A DNA stretch of 31,959 bases from Chloroflexia bacterium (GCA_013698285.1 JACCVE010000325.1:1-31959), one strand, 5' to 3'; shown: positions 7,600 through 17,687, numbered from the stretch's first letter. Translations and numbers: made by a program. The notes: generated by a model not told the origin, from the letters alone.

Positions 7600-9914
7600 C
7601 CGGCGACGGGCGACTCCCTCCGGGTGAACCCGTCCGCGTTGCTGGCGAGCCAGGCCTGGACGTCGAACGGCTCCTCCCCCTCGGCGGGGACGACCCGCTC
7701 CCAATGCCCGTTTGGCTTCAGGGTCCTGGCGTTCACCGTATCGCGCAGGTACGCCGGCAAGACCTCGTCGGTCACGTAGGCGCAGAGGGTCGGATCCTCC
7801 AGGGGAAAGATCGCTTCCACCCGCCGGTCGAGGTTGCGCTCCATCAGGTCGGCACTGCCGAGGTAGACGCGCCGGTCGGTCCCGGGGCCGCCGAAGACGT
7901 AGACCCGACTGTGCTCCAGGTATCGCCCAACGAGACTGCGGACCCGGATCGTCTCGCTCCACCCGGGCACCCCGGGCCGGAGGCTACAGATGCCCCGGAT
8001 GATCAGGTCGATCTTGACGCCCTCGCGGGAGGCGGCATAGAGGGCCCGGATGATCGCCTGGTCGACGAGCTGGTTCATCTTGAAGGCGAGGTATCCCCGG
8101 CCCGTCGCCCGGTGCGACTCCACCTCCCTGGCGATCGCTTCCAAGAACCGGTCCCGGAGGTGGGCCGGGGCGACCCACAGCTTGGCGTAGTGCTGCCGCT
8201 GGGCGAAACCGGTCAGGGCGTTGAACAGTTCCGACACGTCGCGGCCCAGATCGTCACGCGACGACAACAGGCCGAGGTCCTCGTAGCTACGGGCGGTCGA
8301 GGCGTTGTAATTGCCGGTCCCCAGGTGGACGTAGCGGCGGAGGCCCTCCGGCTCGCGGCGGACGACCAGGGTGGCCTTGCAGTGCGTCTTGAGGCCAGCC
8401 AGTCCGAAGGCGACGTGGACGCCGCGTCGCTCCAGGGTCTCGGCCCAGGTGATGTTGTTCTCCTCATCGAAGCGGGCCCGCAGCTCGACCAGGACGGCGA
8501 CCTGGGTATCGTCGTCCCGGGCCTCGATCAGGGCCGGCAAGAGCGGGGAATCCCGCCCGATCCGGTACAGCGTCTGTTTGATCGCGACCACGTCCGGGTC
8601 GGTGGCGGCGGCCCGCAGAAAATCGACAACCGTATCGAAGGACTGGTACGGGTGGTGGAGCAGAACATCCCGCTGTCGTAGGATCGCGAAGATGTCGGGC
8701 CCGGCGCCCGCGGCATCGAGGTCGTCGAGGTCGCCGGGCGGGGTGGGCGTGATCGCGGCGATCGGGTGGTAGGGGGGGTCCTTCAGGTCGGGCAAATCGA
8801 GCCGCAGCAGCTCCATCAGGTCCTCGGTCGCCAGTGGTCCATCGACCACGTAGAGATCCCGCTCCGAGGCGTGGAGCTGGTCGACCAGCCAATCCCGCAC
8901 GTCTTCCGGCAGGGAGGCGTCGACCATCAACCGGACCACCGGCCCGAACGTGCGCTGCGACAGCGACTCCCGCATCTGGAGGAGCAGGTCGATCGATGGG
9001 TCGTCCTCCTCCTCGGGGTCGATGTCGGCGTCCCGGACGACGTGGAACGGGTACGAGGCGGCGATCTCGTTGCCCGGGAACAGGCGGTCGAGATGGGCGG
9101 CGACGAGGGCTTCCAGCCAGATGAATCGGGTCCCCGCGGTGTCCGCGCCCCGCTTCTTGGCCTTGCCCGCGCCATCGACCCGGACCAGGCGAGGGAGGGT
9201 GGCGGGGATCTTGACCCGGGCGAAGCGGGCCCCGGCCGGCGATCGCAACTCGACCATCAGGTTGAGGCTGCCGTTGGAGATGTGGGGGAATCGGCGGCCC
9301 CGGTCGATCGCCTGGGGCGTCAGGATCGGATAAATATCTTCCTCGAACGCCGTCGTCAGCCGTTCCCGTTCCCGGTCGGAGAGGTCGTCGTAGGTGACGA
9401 TGGCGACGCCCAGCTCGCGCAACTCCGGCAACAGCCCGGTCCGGACGAGGGTCGCCTGTTCATCGAGGAGGGCCTGCACCGCGCGGCGGATGGCGGCGAA
9501 CTGGGCGGTGGGGGTGCGTCCGTCGGGACCGGGATCGGTGATCCCGGCCGCCAGCTTCCGCTTCAGTCCCGCCAGGCGGATCATGAACCAGCCGTCGAAG
9601 TTGTCGCTGAAGATCGCGGCGAACTTGACCCGCTCCAGGAGGGGATTCGAGCGCTCGGCGGCCTCTTCGAGGACCCGCCGGTTAAAATCGATCCAGCTCA
9701 ACTCGCGGTTGATGTACAGGTCGGGGTCCAACGGTGGCAGGTCCAAGGTGAACCCGCCGGGCAACCGCACCCGGTCCGCCTCGACCCGGACGGTGGACGA
9801 TCCGTTCTCGTCCGTGGGGGCGCGTTTCGCCGGGCCCGCCTTCGGTCGTTTGTCCGGGCGCACCTTCCCGGTCGCCGGAACGGCCCCATCCGTCTTTCGC
9901 TTCTTCGTCGGCAC
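7596..9914 (-). CDS. ppk1: Polyphosphate kinase 1
   Basis: YINRELSWIDFNRRVLEEA, phospho-His motif LLHHPYQSF, IKQTLYR, ELRARFDEENNI, KTHCK, YVHLGTGNYN, SLVGRYLEHSRVY, GSADLMERNLDRRVE. Confidence 0.96.
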   Translation of the reverse strand: MPTKKRKTDGAVPATGKVRPDKRPKAGPAKRAPTDENGSSTVRVEADRVRLPGGFTLDLPPLDPDLYINRELSWIDFNRRVLEEAAERSNPLLERVKFAAIFSDNFDGWFMIRLAGLKRKLAAGITDPGPDGRTPTAQFAAIRRAVQALLDEQATLVRTGLLPELRELGVAIVTYDDLSDRERERLTTAFEEDIYPILTPQAIDRGRRFPHISNGSLNLMVELRSPAGARFARVKIPATLPRLVRVDGAGKAKKRGADTAGTRFIWLEALVAAHLDRLFPGNEIAASYPFHVVRDADIDPEEEDDPSIDLLLQMRESLSQRTFGPVVRLMVDASLPEDVRDWLVDQLHASERDLYVVDGPLATEDLMELLRLDLPDLKDPPYHPIAAITPTPPGDLDDLDAAGAGPDIFAILRQRDVLLHHPYQSFDTVVDFLRAAATDPDVVAIKQTLYRIGRDSPLLPALIEARDDDTQVAVLVELRARFDEENNITWAETLERRGVHVAFGLAGLKTHCKATLVVRREPEGLRRYVHLGTGNYNASTARSYEDLGLLSSRDDLGRDVSELFNALTGFAQRQHYAKLWVAPAHLRDRFLEAIAREVESHRATGRGYLAFKMNQLVDQAIIRALYAASREGVKIDLIIRGICSLRPGVPGWSETIRVRSLVGRYLEHSRVYVFGGPGTDRRVYLGSADLMERNLDRRVEAIFPLEDPTLCAYVTDEVLPAYLRDTVNARTLKPNGHWERVVPAEGEEPFDVQAWLASNADGFTRRESPVAG

Positions 9915-10117
9915 CGACGCCCCTATCTATCTGATAGTCGATCTCAGATCTCACGGCGCTCCCGGGCGCCATGCGGCATTGGTACCACGCGCCCGGCGAG
10001 CTTCGCTAGAGATCGGCGGCACCTTAACAACGAGGTCCGCTTTCGCGCACCGCTGGCCGGCCACCCGCGCCGTTTGGCACCGCGGTCTGGTGACCGTCAC
10101 GGGGAGCACGTCCGGCC

Positions 10118-11794
10118 CTAGCGGACGACCGCCCGGACGCGGTGCAATCCCGTGTCACCTTCGCGCGGGAAGGACGCCCGGCGCCGCGTCTCTTGGGGCC
10201 CCCCGAGCCCGTCGACCGCCCGCACCGCCAGGGGGAACTCGCCCGCGGCGGCTGGAGTCCACTGGAATGACCAGAAGACCCAGGCGATCGGCGTGGTCTG
10301 GTAGTCGATCTCGGCCCGTGTCCACGTCGCCTCGCCGTCGGTCGAGACCTCGACCCGCTCGATGCCCCGGTCGCCGGCGTACGCCCGGCCCCGCAGTGTG
10401 ACGGCCCGTCCGCGGCGGAACTCGTCCGCGAAGACGAATCCACCCCTGTTGGTGACGCCGGGCGAGAAGAAATCCGAGCGGGTCGGGACCACGAAGTCTG
10501 GACCCCAGCCCTGCTCCTCATAGAACCCTTCGACATCATGGTCGACGACCTCGATCCCGGTCAGCCACTTCACCTGCTTCTCGCCATAGAGGCCGGGCAC
10601 GATCGCCCGGACCGGGTCACCGTTGACCCGGGGCAACGCTTCCCCGTTCATCAGCCAGACCACCATCGTCGTCGGTTCGAGCGCCTTTGCCATCGGGATG
10701 GTGTCGGTGTAACCGTCCGCCCCGCGCAGGACGACCTCGTACCCGTCGCGGTCGGCCCCGGCGTCGTCCAGGAGGCGGGTGAGGGGGACGCCGGTCCAGA
10801 CGGCATTGCTCATCAGCCCGGAACTGATCCGGTTGCTGATGCACATGATCGTCGTCTCTTGCTCGGTCCCGCCCATGGCGACGAGGTCGTCGTAGGTCAA
10901 CCGGAGGGACCGGTCGACCATCCCGTCGACCGCGAGCCGGTAGACGCCGCGGTTCACGTCCGGGTCGACGAGGTTCTTGGTCACCGAGTAGAAGGAGCCG
11001 TTCGGCGTGATCGGCTGGATGCCCGAGCCGCTGTAGCGCCGCCCGTCGTAGCTGAAGGTGGCCCGGTCCTCGAACCAGCGCAGCAGGGAGAGGGCCGGCC
11101 AGGTGGCCACGGCCCCGAGCGCGGCCACGGCGACCGTGCGGCGCTTGATGACCCGGTCTCCCGACCCGAGGGCCGGTTGGGATATCGCTCCTGCCGGTCC
11201 GGGGACGACCCCGGCGACCGGGCGAACGACCACGTCGTAGAGACCCACCACCAAGAGGGCGAAGACCGCGTAGGCGACGGCATAGCCGACCGCCGTCGCG
11301 GCTTCCGCCCACTGGGGCGGTAGACCCTTGAAGTTCGTGTCGAGGGTCGGCCACAGCGCCAGCATCGACAGCACCCACATCGTCAGGCCGGCCAGGGCGA
11401 TGAAGCGGATCCCCCGTCGCCGGCCGATGGCATAGCTGCCGCCGGTCCCGCGTCGCCATCCGGTGACCCCCCCGTAGAGCCCGCCGACCACGGTCCCGGC
11501 GACCAGCACGCCCGTCAGTCCGCTCTGGATGCCGAAGCGCTTGGCCTGGTTATAGCCACCGAAGCGGCGCAGGGTGTCCAGGAAGCGGTCGATTCCGATG
11601 GTGGGGGCGAGGCGGTCCGGGATCATCTCCTGGGGCGGTGAGATGCCGAGCCAGCGCCGCATCGCGAGCTGGAGGAGGGTGAGGATGATGGCCGCGGTGA
11701 GACCGGCTAACAGGCCGACCAGCAGCCGGCCAGCCAACGGGCACCAGGCCCGTCTCGCCGGTGCCGCATCGGGGGCGACGGTGTCGATCGCCAT
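10118..11794 (-). CDS. Membrane-anchored molybdopterin-dependent oxidoreductase, sulfite oxidase family
   Basis: ITPNGSFYSV, Mo-ligand Cys in TIMCISN, NAVWTGVPL, GADGY, PVRAIVPGLYGEKQVKWL and a C-terminal Ig-like dimerisation domain (GRAYAGDRGIERVEVSTD...W...AVRAVD). N-terminal TM helices. Start ATG 11794 chosen from SD AGGAG. Confidence 0.88.
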   Translation of the reverse strand: MAIDTVAPDAAPARRAWCPLAGRLLVGLLAGLTAAIILTLLQLAMRRWLGISPPQEMIPDRLAPTIGIDRFLDTLRRFGGYNQAKRFGIQSGLTGVLVAGTVVGGLYGGVTGWRRGTGGSYAIGRRRGIRFIALAGLTMWVLSMLALWPTLDTNFKGLPPQWAEAATAVGYAVAYAVFALLVVGLYDVVVRPVAGVVPGPAGAISQPALGSGDRVIKRRTVAVAALGAVATWPALSLLRWFEDRATFSYDGRRYSGSGIQPITPNGSFYSVTKNLVDPDVNRGVYRLAVDGMVDRSLRLTYDDLVAMGGTEQETTIMCISNRISSGLMSNAVWTGVPLTRLLDDAGADRDGYEVVLRGADGYTDTIPMAKALEPTTMVVWLMNGEALPRVNGDPVRAIVPGLYGEKQVKWLTGIEVVDHDVEGFYEEQGWGPDFVVPTRSDFFSPGVTNRGGFVFADEFRRGRAVTLRGRAYAGDRGIERVEVSTDGEATWTRAEIDYQTTPIAWVFWSFQWTPAAAGEFPLAVRAVDGLGGPQETRRRASFPREGDTGLHRVRAVVR

Positions 11795-11898
11795 GGAGAG
11801 GTGCTCCTGTCGTCCGGTGGGGACGGTCACTGGGCGGGCGACCAATCAGGTGCCCGTGGGTCGCGTCTCTCGTGAGTGCCCGTCGCGAGGAAAACGTT

Positions 11899-11937
11899 AC
11901 GAGGCGCCTCCCCGGTTGAACCGGGACGGCGCCTCGT
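11899..11937 (-). terminator. Probable intrinsic terminator or stem-loop downstream of ftsH
   Basis: ACGAGGCGCC (11899-11908) pairs with GGCGCCTCGT (11928-11937), enclosing CCCGGTT/AACCGGG. On the minus strand it is followed by AACGTTTT. Confidence 0.5.
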
Positions 11938-12000
11938 TCGTTCGTCGTCGGGAATGTTCTCGGCGAAAGCGGGCCACGGGTCGAATGTGCCCAACTCGGT

Positions 12001-14046
12001 TCAATCGGCTCCCGCCAGCGACTGCTGGACGGTGATCGGCTGCCTGGGCACCATGCCCACCTCGGGATCGTCACCCTTGGTCGGGGGACCGAGGACGGCC
12101 GAGACTTCCTTGCCGTCGAGCGTCTCCCGCTCCAGCAGCGCCGCGACCAGGTCGTCGAGCGGCTTGCGGAACCGCTGGTTGATCGCCAGGGCGCGGTCGA
12201 GACCACCCTCGATGATATCGCGCACGGCACCGTCGAGTCGCTGTGCCGTGGCGTCGGAGTAGGCCTTGTCTTGGGTGATCTCGCGGCCGAGGAAGACGTG
12301 CTCCTCGCCGGTGCCGAGGTAGATCGGCCCAACATCGAGGCTCATTCCCCACAGGCCGACCATCCGACGGGCCAGCGAGGTGGCCTCCTTCAGATCGTTC
12401 TCGGCACCCGTGGTGACCTCGTCGTAGACCACCATCTCGGCGGCCCGGCCCCCGAGCATCATCGCCAGGCGACCCAGCAGGTAGGTCCTGCTGTAGTTGT
12501 GGCGGTCCTCCTCCGGCATCTGGACCGTGACGCCCAGGGCCCGGCCCCGGGGCACGATGCTGACCTTGCGCAGCGGGTCAGCCCCCGGTGTGAAGTGAGC
12601 CACGATGGCGTGACCTGCCTCGTGGTAGGCGACGACCTCACGCTCTTTGGCGTTCATCAAGCCGGACTTGGCGGTGCCGAGGAGGATCTTGTCCAGGGCT
12701 TCCTCGAAGTCCTCCGGCAGGATCTCCTTGCGGTTGCGGCGGGCGGCGGTCAGGGCCGCCTCGTTGACCAGGTTCGCGAGGTCGGCGCCGGAGAACCCGG
12801 TCGTGCCCCGGGCGATGGACAGCAGATCGACCGAGCGGGCCAGCGGGATACCGCGCGAGTGGATCGTCAGGATCGCTTCGCGGCCGATGCGGTCCGGCAG
12901 ACCGACGACGACCTGGCGGTCGAAGCGGCCGGGACGCAGTAAGGCGGGGTCGAGGACATCCGGCCGGTTGGTGGCGGCCATCACGATGACCTCGTGACTG
13001 GTCTCGAAACCGTCCATCTCGACTAGCAGCTGATTGAGTGTCTGCTCCCGCTCGTCGTTGGACCCGCCGAGACCGGCGAACCGCTGCCGGCCGACGGCAT
13101 CGAGCTCGTCAACGAAGATGATCGCCGGGCTGGCGGTCTTGGCCTTCTCGAACAGGTCCCGGACCCGGCTGGCGCCGACGCCGACGAACATCTCCACGAA
13201 CTCCGAAGCGGAGACGCTGAAGAACGGCACTCCCGCCTCGCCGGCGACCGCCCGGGCGGTCAGGGTCTTCCCCGTGCCCGGAGGACCGACCAGCAGCACG
13301 CCGCGGGGCAGGCGGGCGCCGAGGGAGTGGTACTTGGCGGGGTTGCGGAGGAAGTCGACCACCTCCATCAACTCGGTCTTCGCCTCGTCCTCGCCCGCGA
13401 CGTCGGCGAAGGTGACCTGCGGGCGCTCCGGATCGTGCTGGCGGGCCTTCGAGCGGCCGAAGCCGAACACGTTCTGCTGGCCCCGGGACATCTGGCGCCC
13501 CATGAAGACGATCAGGGCCACGAACAGCAGCAACGGCGCGAAGCTGAACAGGATCCCGGTCCAAATCGAGTTGTTGTCCGGTTCCCCCGAGAACTCGACC
13601 CCGTTCTGCTCGAGCAGCAAGATCAGGGATTGGTCTTCCCCGGGGATCAACTCTGCCCGGACACGGGTGGTCCCCGTCGTCGAGCCGGCGGTGTTCGGGG
13701 GCACGATCTGGCCGTCATCGTTGACGAGGACCGACTGGGTGAGGTCGGCGTCGATCGAATCGACCCCGACCGACGCGCGTTCCACGTTGCCGGCCGTGAT
13801 CTGGGACCGGATCGCGGAGTAGGGGACCGTGTTCCGTTCCACGGTCCCGGTGTCTCCGAAGATGTTGTAGGCGTACCAGCCGATCAGGCCGATCAGGATG
13901 ACGCCGAACAGCCATGGCGGGATGCGGGATGTCCGCTTCGGCGGTTCGGTGCCCGGTCCGGTCCCGCGGGGGCCCGTCCCGCCCGGACCTGGCTTCTTTG
14001 GCTTCGGAGAGTTGTCACGCTGCTGCATGGACGATCCCATTTCCAC
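12001..14046 (-). CDS. ftsH: ATP-dependent zinc metalloprotease FtsH
   Basis: Two N-terminal TM helices, Walker A GPPGTGKT, pore loop FVEMFVGVG, Walker [32 protein letters not shown], zinc motif HEAGH. The start may instead be ATG 14040 or 14028. Confidence 0.97.
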   Translation of the reverse strand: MEMGSSMQQRDNSPKPKKPGPGGTGPRGTGPGTEPPKRTSRIPPWLFGVILIGLIGWYAYNIFGDTGTVERNTVPYSAIRSQITAGNVERASVGVDSIDADLTQSVLVNDDGQIVPPNTAGSTTGTTRVRAELIPGEDQSLILLLEQNGVEFSGEPDNNSIWTGILFSFAPLLLFVALIVFMGRQMSRGQQNVFGFGRSKARQHDPERPQVTFADVAGEDEAKTELMEVVDFLRNPAKYHSLGARLPRGVLLVGPPGTGKTLTARAVAGEAGVPFFSVSASEFVEMFVGVGASRVRDLFEKAKTASPAIIFVDELDAVGRQRFAGLGGSNDEREQTLNQLLVEMDGFETSHEVIVMAATNRPDVLDPALLRPGRFDRQVVVGLPDRIGREAILTIHSRGIPLARSVDLLSIARGTTGFSGADLANLVNEAALTAARRNRKEILPEDFEEALDKILLGTAKSGLMNAKEREVVAYHEAGHAIVAHFTPGADPLRKVSIVPRGRALGVTVQMPEEDRHNYSRTYLLGRLAMMLGGRAAEMVVYDEVTTGAENDLKEATSLARRMVGLWGMSLDVGPIYLGTGEEHVFLGREITQDKAYSDATAQRLDGAVRDIIEGGLDRALAINQRFRKPLDDLVAALLERETLDGKEVSAVLGPPTKGDDPEVGMVPRQPITVQQSLAGAD

Positions 14047-14188
14047 GAATGTCGAGAGCGGTTGCCGCGGGTGGTGATGCGCGGGTGGTCCCGGCCGGGC
14101 CGGGGACTACCTGGGCATCGTCGCCCACGCCGGGAAGTGTACTTGGGGGGGCATCATACCGTCGCGACAGACATTACCAAAACGTTAC

Positions 14189-14527
14189 TCAGCGCTCGCC
14201 AACCAATCGCCACCATGCCGGGACCGCGTAGGCGTCGGCCACGTCGTGGGCGAACCCGAGCCATTCGACGTTCGTGGCGGCACGGAGGATCGCCGGGAAG
14301 ACCTGGCCGTGGAGGACCATCTTGGCGGCGTGCTCGCTCTCCCCCCAGCGCCGGATCGCCTCGTCGTAGGCGGCGGCGGCGTCCGGGTCGGTCAGCAGGA
14401 CACCGATGAACTCGGGGGTCGAGAACTCCGAACCATCGAGCCGGTCGAGGACCGACAGGGTCGGTCCCCGGAGGAGATCGACCAGAGTCGCGATGCGGTC
14501 TGGGGTCGGTACGTCGCCGTTCGGCAT
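14189..14527 (-). CDS. Hypothetical protein (112 aa)
   Basis: ATG start with AAGGA upstream, globular-looking composition, fills the gap between ggt and ftsH on the same strand. No family recognised. Confidence 0.65.
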   Translation of the reverse strand: MPNGDVPTPDRIATLVDLLRGPTLSVLDRLDGSEFSTPEFIGVLLTDPDAAAAYDEAIRRWGESEHAAKMVLHGQVFPAILRAATNVEWLGFAHDVADAYAVPAWWRLVGER

Positions 14528-14638
14528 CGGGTCGTCCTTCCGCGTCGCGGGAGCGGCTGACGGGGCCTCGTCGGCCCCCCGTTGATCATACCCCCGCGCG
14601 TAGGTGCGATCGTCGCTCGCAACCTGGCGGGCCTGGCC

Positions 14639-16237
14639 TCAGTACCCGAGCGCCAGGCCGTCGGCACGGGCGTCGGCCGCTCCGAGCAGGACCCCGGCCG
14701 GATCGCGGAGGATGAGCTGGGCGTGTCCCGTGGACGACGACCAGGCCGGGATGGCCTTGGTCCGGTGCCCCCGGGTCGTCAGGGCGGACACCGTCCCCGG
14801 CGGGAAGCGGTCTTCCAGCACCACAAGGGAGTGGCCGTCGCCCTCGCCGGCGGTGGCAAGCCAGCGGGGAGCGTCGATCGCGGCTACCGGAGAGCCGAGC
14901 ATGTCGAAGTCGAACAGGCCGGTGATGATCTGGAGTTGGATCTGGGCCTGGGCATCTCCCCCCTGCGTCGCCAGGGGACCGAGCAGGGCGCCGCCCCGGA
15001 AGAGCATCGAGGGCATCAGAGTGTGGAGGGGACGCTTCTCCGGGGCGATGACGTTGGGGTGGTCCGGGTCGAGCGAGAACGACGCGCCCCGGTTCTGGAG
15101 GACGATGCCCGTGTCGGCGGCAATCACGCCGGACCCGAAGCCCTGGAAGATGCTCTGGATCATGGACACCGCGTTGCCGTCCCGGTCGACGACGCAGATC
15201 GCGACCGTGTCCCCGGTTCGTGCGACCGTGCCGGGCAGCGCGGCGGCCGGGTCGTATCGGGACCACGCCGCGCGGGCGGCGTCGGCGGAGAGGAGTGCCG
15301 CGGTGTCGATGGGCACGAAGCGCGGGTCCGTCACCGTCCGGTCGCGGGTGGCATAGGCGAGTCTCGTCGCTTCGATCAGGGGATGGAGATGCTCGGCGGT
15401 GCCCCAGTCCTGGCCCAAATCGACATCCCGGAGCATGTTGAGGGCGAGGAGCGTCGTGATGCCCTGGCCGTTGGGGGGCATCGTGGCGACCGTCGCGTCC
15501 CGGTAGGTCGTGCTCAGTGGGGCGACCCATTCGCCCCGGTGGCCGACGAGGTCGAGCATCGAGAGACGGCCCCCGAGTCCCGCGGCGGTGGCCGCGATCC
15601 GCTCGGCGATCGAGCCGGAGTAGAACGCGGCCCGCCCTTCCCCGGTGATCAGCCGCAGCGACCGGGCCAGGGCAGGCAACCGGAGCACCGTTCCCGCCGC
15701 GGGCGGTTCCCCACCCGGCAGGTAGGGCACCCCGCCCTCCCCGGCCGCCCGCAGGAGTGGCGCGGCCCCCGCGATGCCACCGGCCAGCCGCCGGGACACC
15801 GGGAACCCGTCCTCGGCGTAGCCGATGGCGGCGGCCAAGAGGTGGTCCATCGGCAGCCGGCCGAACCGGGCGTGGCCGGCGTACCAGGCATCGACCGTCC
15901 CCGGCACCGTTACGGCGTGGATGCCGCGGCGAGGCATCGTCCCCCCGTCCAGCGCCCGCATTTCGTCGAGATCGACGGCGATCGGGGCCCGGCCGGAGCC
16001 GTTATAACCGGTCAAGGTGCCCGGTCCGGCCTGGTAGGACAGGAAGAAGCAGTCGCCGCCGATGGCGGTCTGGTCGGGGTAGACCACCGTCAGGACCGCG
16101 TTGGCGGCCACGGCGGCATCGAAGGCGCTGCCCCCGTTCCGCAACGTGGCCATTCCCGCTCCGGTCGCGAGCGGGTGAGGGGTGGCGACCATGCCGTTGG
16201 TCGCCATGGCGGGGGAGTGCGGTCGAGCATCCGTCAT
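14639..16237 (-). CDS. ggt: Gamma-glutamyltransferase family (Ntn-hydrolase) protein
   Basis: GMVATPHPLA, GGSAFDAAVA, AVTVPG, autocleavage Thr nucleophile in GDTVAICVVDRDGNAVSMIQS, GIVLQNRG, KRPLHTLMP, TQGGDAQ, GAADAR. No signal peptide, so a cytoplasmic type. Confidence 0.92.
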   Translation of the reverse strand: MTDARPHSPAMATNGMVATPHPLATGAGMATLRNGGSAFDAAVAANAVLTVVYPDQTAIGGDCFFLSYQAGPGTLTGYNGSGRAPIAVDLDEMRALDGGTMPRRGIHAVTVPGTVDAWYAGHARFGRLPMDHLLAAAIGYAEDGFPVSRRLAGGIAGAAPLLRAAGEGGVPYLPGGEPPAAGTVLRLPALARSLRLITGEGRAAFYSGSIAERIAATAAGLGGRLSMLDLVGHRGEWVAPLSTTYRDATVATMPPNGQGITTLLALNMLRDVDLGQDWGTAEHLHPLIEATRLAYATRDRTVTDPRFVPIDTAALLSADAARAAWSRYDPAAALPGTVARTGDTVAICVVDRDGNAVSMIQSIFQGFGSGVIAADTGIVLQNRGASFSLDPDHPNVIAPEKRPLHTLMPSMLFRGGALLGPLATQGGDAQAQIQLQIITGLFDFDMLGSPVAAIDAPRWLATAGEGDGHSLVVLEDRFPPGTVSALTTRGHRTKAIPAWSSSTGHAQLILRDPAGVLLGAADARADGLALGY

Positions 16238-16274
16238 CGGTGGCCCTCGTGGTAGGTCTCGTGGTCGTCCGGAA

Positions 16275-17468
16275 TCAGGAGACGATGATCAACTCCCGCT
16301 GGGGTGGGACGAGGAACTCGACTCCCCGGTCCGTGACCAGGACATCTTCTTCCAACCCGATCGGACCGACGCACGGCTCCAGGGTGAACACCATCCCGGC
16401 CTCGACGGTCCCCCGCGACCGGTCCCGGTAGCGGGCGTTGTCCGGCCCGAGGACCATGCCGCCGTCGTGGCAGAGGCGACCGAGTTGGTGGCCCAGGGCA
16501 TGGGTGAAGGTGAAGCCCCGTTCGGCGAGCAGGGACCGCACGGGGCTATCGACCTCGACCCCGGACATGCCGGGCGCGAGCAGTTCGGCGGCCAGGGCGA
16601 TCCCGTCCCGGACCGCCTCGAACGGCCGGGCGATCGCCGCCGGCGGCCGGGGATCGGTGGCCGACGGGAAGTACCAGGTCCGCTGCAGGTCCGAGCAGTA
16701 CCCCTCGTGACGAACGCCGAAGTCGACCCGCAGGGCATCGCCCGGCTCGATCGCCACGAGGCCCGGGGCCGTGTGACCGCCCACGCCGCGCGAGGTGGTG
16801 ACGGACGGGCAGTAGCTCGCCTCCCATGCCGGTCCGACCTCGTGGGCTTGCATCCGCTCGACCAAGATCGCGTGGACATCGGTCTCGGTCAGGCCGGGCC
16901 GCAGCATCCCGGTCAGGTCATCGAAGATCCGGACGGTAATGTCGCACGACCGCCTGATCCGCTCGACTTCGGCGGGCGTCTTCAGGGCCCGGACGCGTCC
17001 CGCGACCTCTTCGGCCGAGACGAGGCGGTCGGTCATCCCGAGCGGTTCGAGGGCATCGCGCAGCAGCAGCCAGAGGCCGTGCGTCAGGCCGTCGATGCCG
17101 TGGTCGTCCCGGGACGTGTTGATCGCGATCCGCCCCGGTGCCCGGTCGGTGAGCACGTCGCGAAACGGTTCACGCCAGTCGAGACCATAGGCGTGGACCA
17201 GGTCGAACACCCCATCGACTTGGCCACGGTCATAGTCGGCGACGATCGCCACGCTGGGCCCGTCGGCGAAGATCATCAGGGCGGACGTGCCGACCAGGTA
17301 CTCGGCGCCCGTCACGAACGGGAGCAGCGGGTCGCTGCCCTCCCGGGTGAAGGTCAGCCAGCAGTCGAGGTCGAAACGCCGCAGCAGCTCGCGGGCCTGG
17401 GCGTGCTTCTCGGCCACCAGGGCGATCCGGGCCCGTTCGTCGTCGTTCTGCGCTTGGGGAATGGTCAA
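16275..17468 (-). CDS. M24 family metallopeptidase (Xaa-Pro peptidase-like)
   Basis: Pita-bread fold ligands present: RVDFG, YCSDLQRT, HALGH, FTLEP, GLEEDV. Start uncertain: TTG 17468 after GAGGAG; the ORF is open to 17522. Confidence 0.88.
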   Translation of the reverse strand: MTIPQAQNDDERARIALVAEKHAQARELLRRFDLDCWLTFTREGSDPLLPFVTGAEYLVGTSALMIFADGPSVAIVADYDRGQVDGVFDLVHAYGLDWREPFRDVLTDRAPGRIAINTSRDDHGIDGLTHGLWLLLRDALEPLGMTDRLVSAEEVAGRVRALKTPAEVERIRRSCDITVRIFDDLTGMLRPGLTETDVHAILVERMQAHEVGPAWEASYCPSVTTSRGVGGHTAPGLVAIEPGDALRVDFGVRHEGYCSDLQRTWYFPSATDPRPPAAIARPFEAVRDGIALAAELLAPGMSGVEVDSPVRSLLAERGFTFTHALGHQLGRLCHDGGMVLGPDNARYRDRSRGTVEAGMVFTLEPCVGPIGLEEDVLVTDRGVEFLVPPQRELIIVS

Positions 17469-17687
17469 GGACGTGCTCGCTCCTCGGGGAAGTGGTCGCG
17501 CGGGGTGTTCCTCGCACGGCATCGACGTTCGGCCAGGGTACCCCGGGCGACGGCATCATTCTAGGCCAGAGGGGCAGACCTCGCTCCATCGCACGCGGGG
17601 AACAGGGTATGGCCAGACCCTGTCCCTGCCGCGCTGATGCGCGGACTGGGACCGATCGGGACCGATCGGCCCTTGGGGAGGGGAGCG

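Noticed and set aside
9575-9615. PPK1 N-domain motif reads SDNFDGWFMIR rather than the usual SNLDEFFMVR
   Set aside because: The conserved Asn, the phospho-His and all C-domain motifs are intact, so there is not enough to claim altered function.
9927-9950. Two small dyads (CTATC-T-GATAG, GATCT-C-AGATC) upstream of ppk1
   Set aside because: The 5-bp arms are too short to distinguish from chance, and there is no Pho-box-like direct repeat.
14582-16255. Long plus-strand ORF (557 aa), and similar long ORFs at 4319-5365, 8766-10121, 16182-17564, 18028-19395, 20607-21785, 26486-27961 and 28101-29978
   Set aside because: They are antisense shadows of well-supported genes. Such stop-free frames are expected in high-GC DNA with strong codon bias, and none shows a recognisable domain.
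17605-17669. Small hairpin ACAGGGT/ACCCTGT and tandem GGGACCGATC x2 between the lipoprotein and peptidase genes
   Set aside because: Short and unique, and the hairpin has no U-tract, so it is too weak to call a terminator or repeat family.
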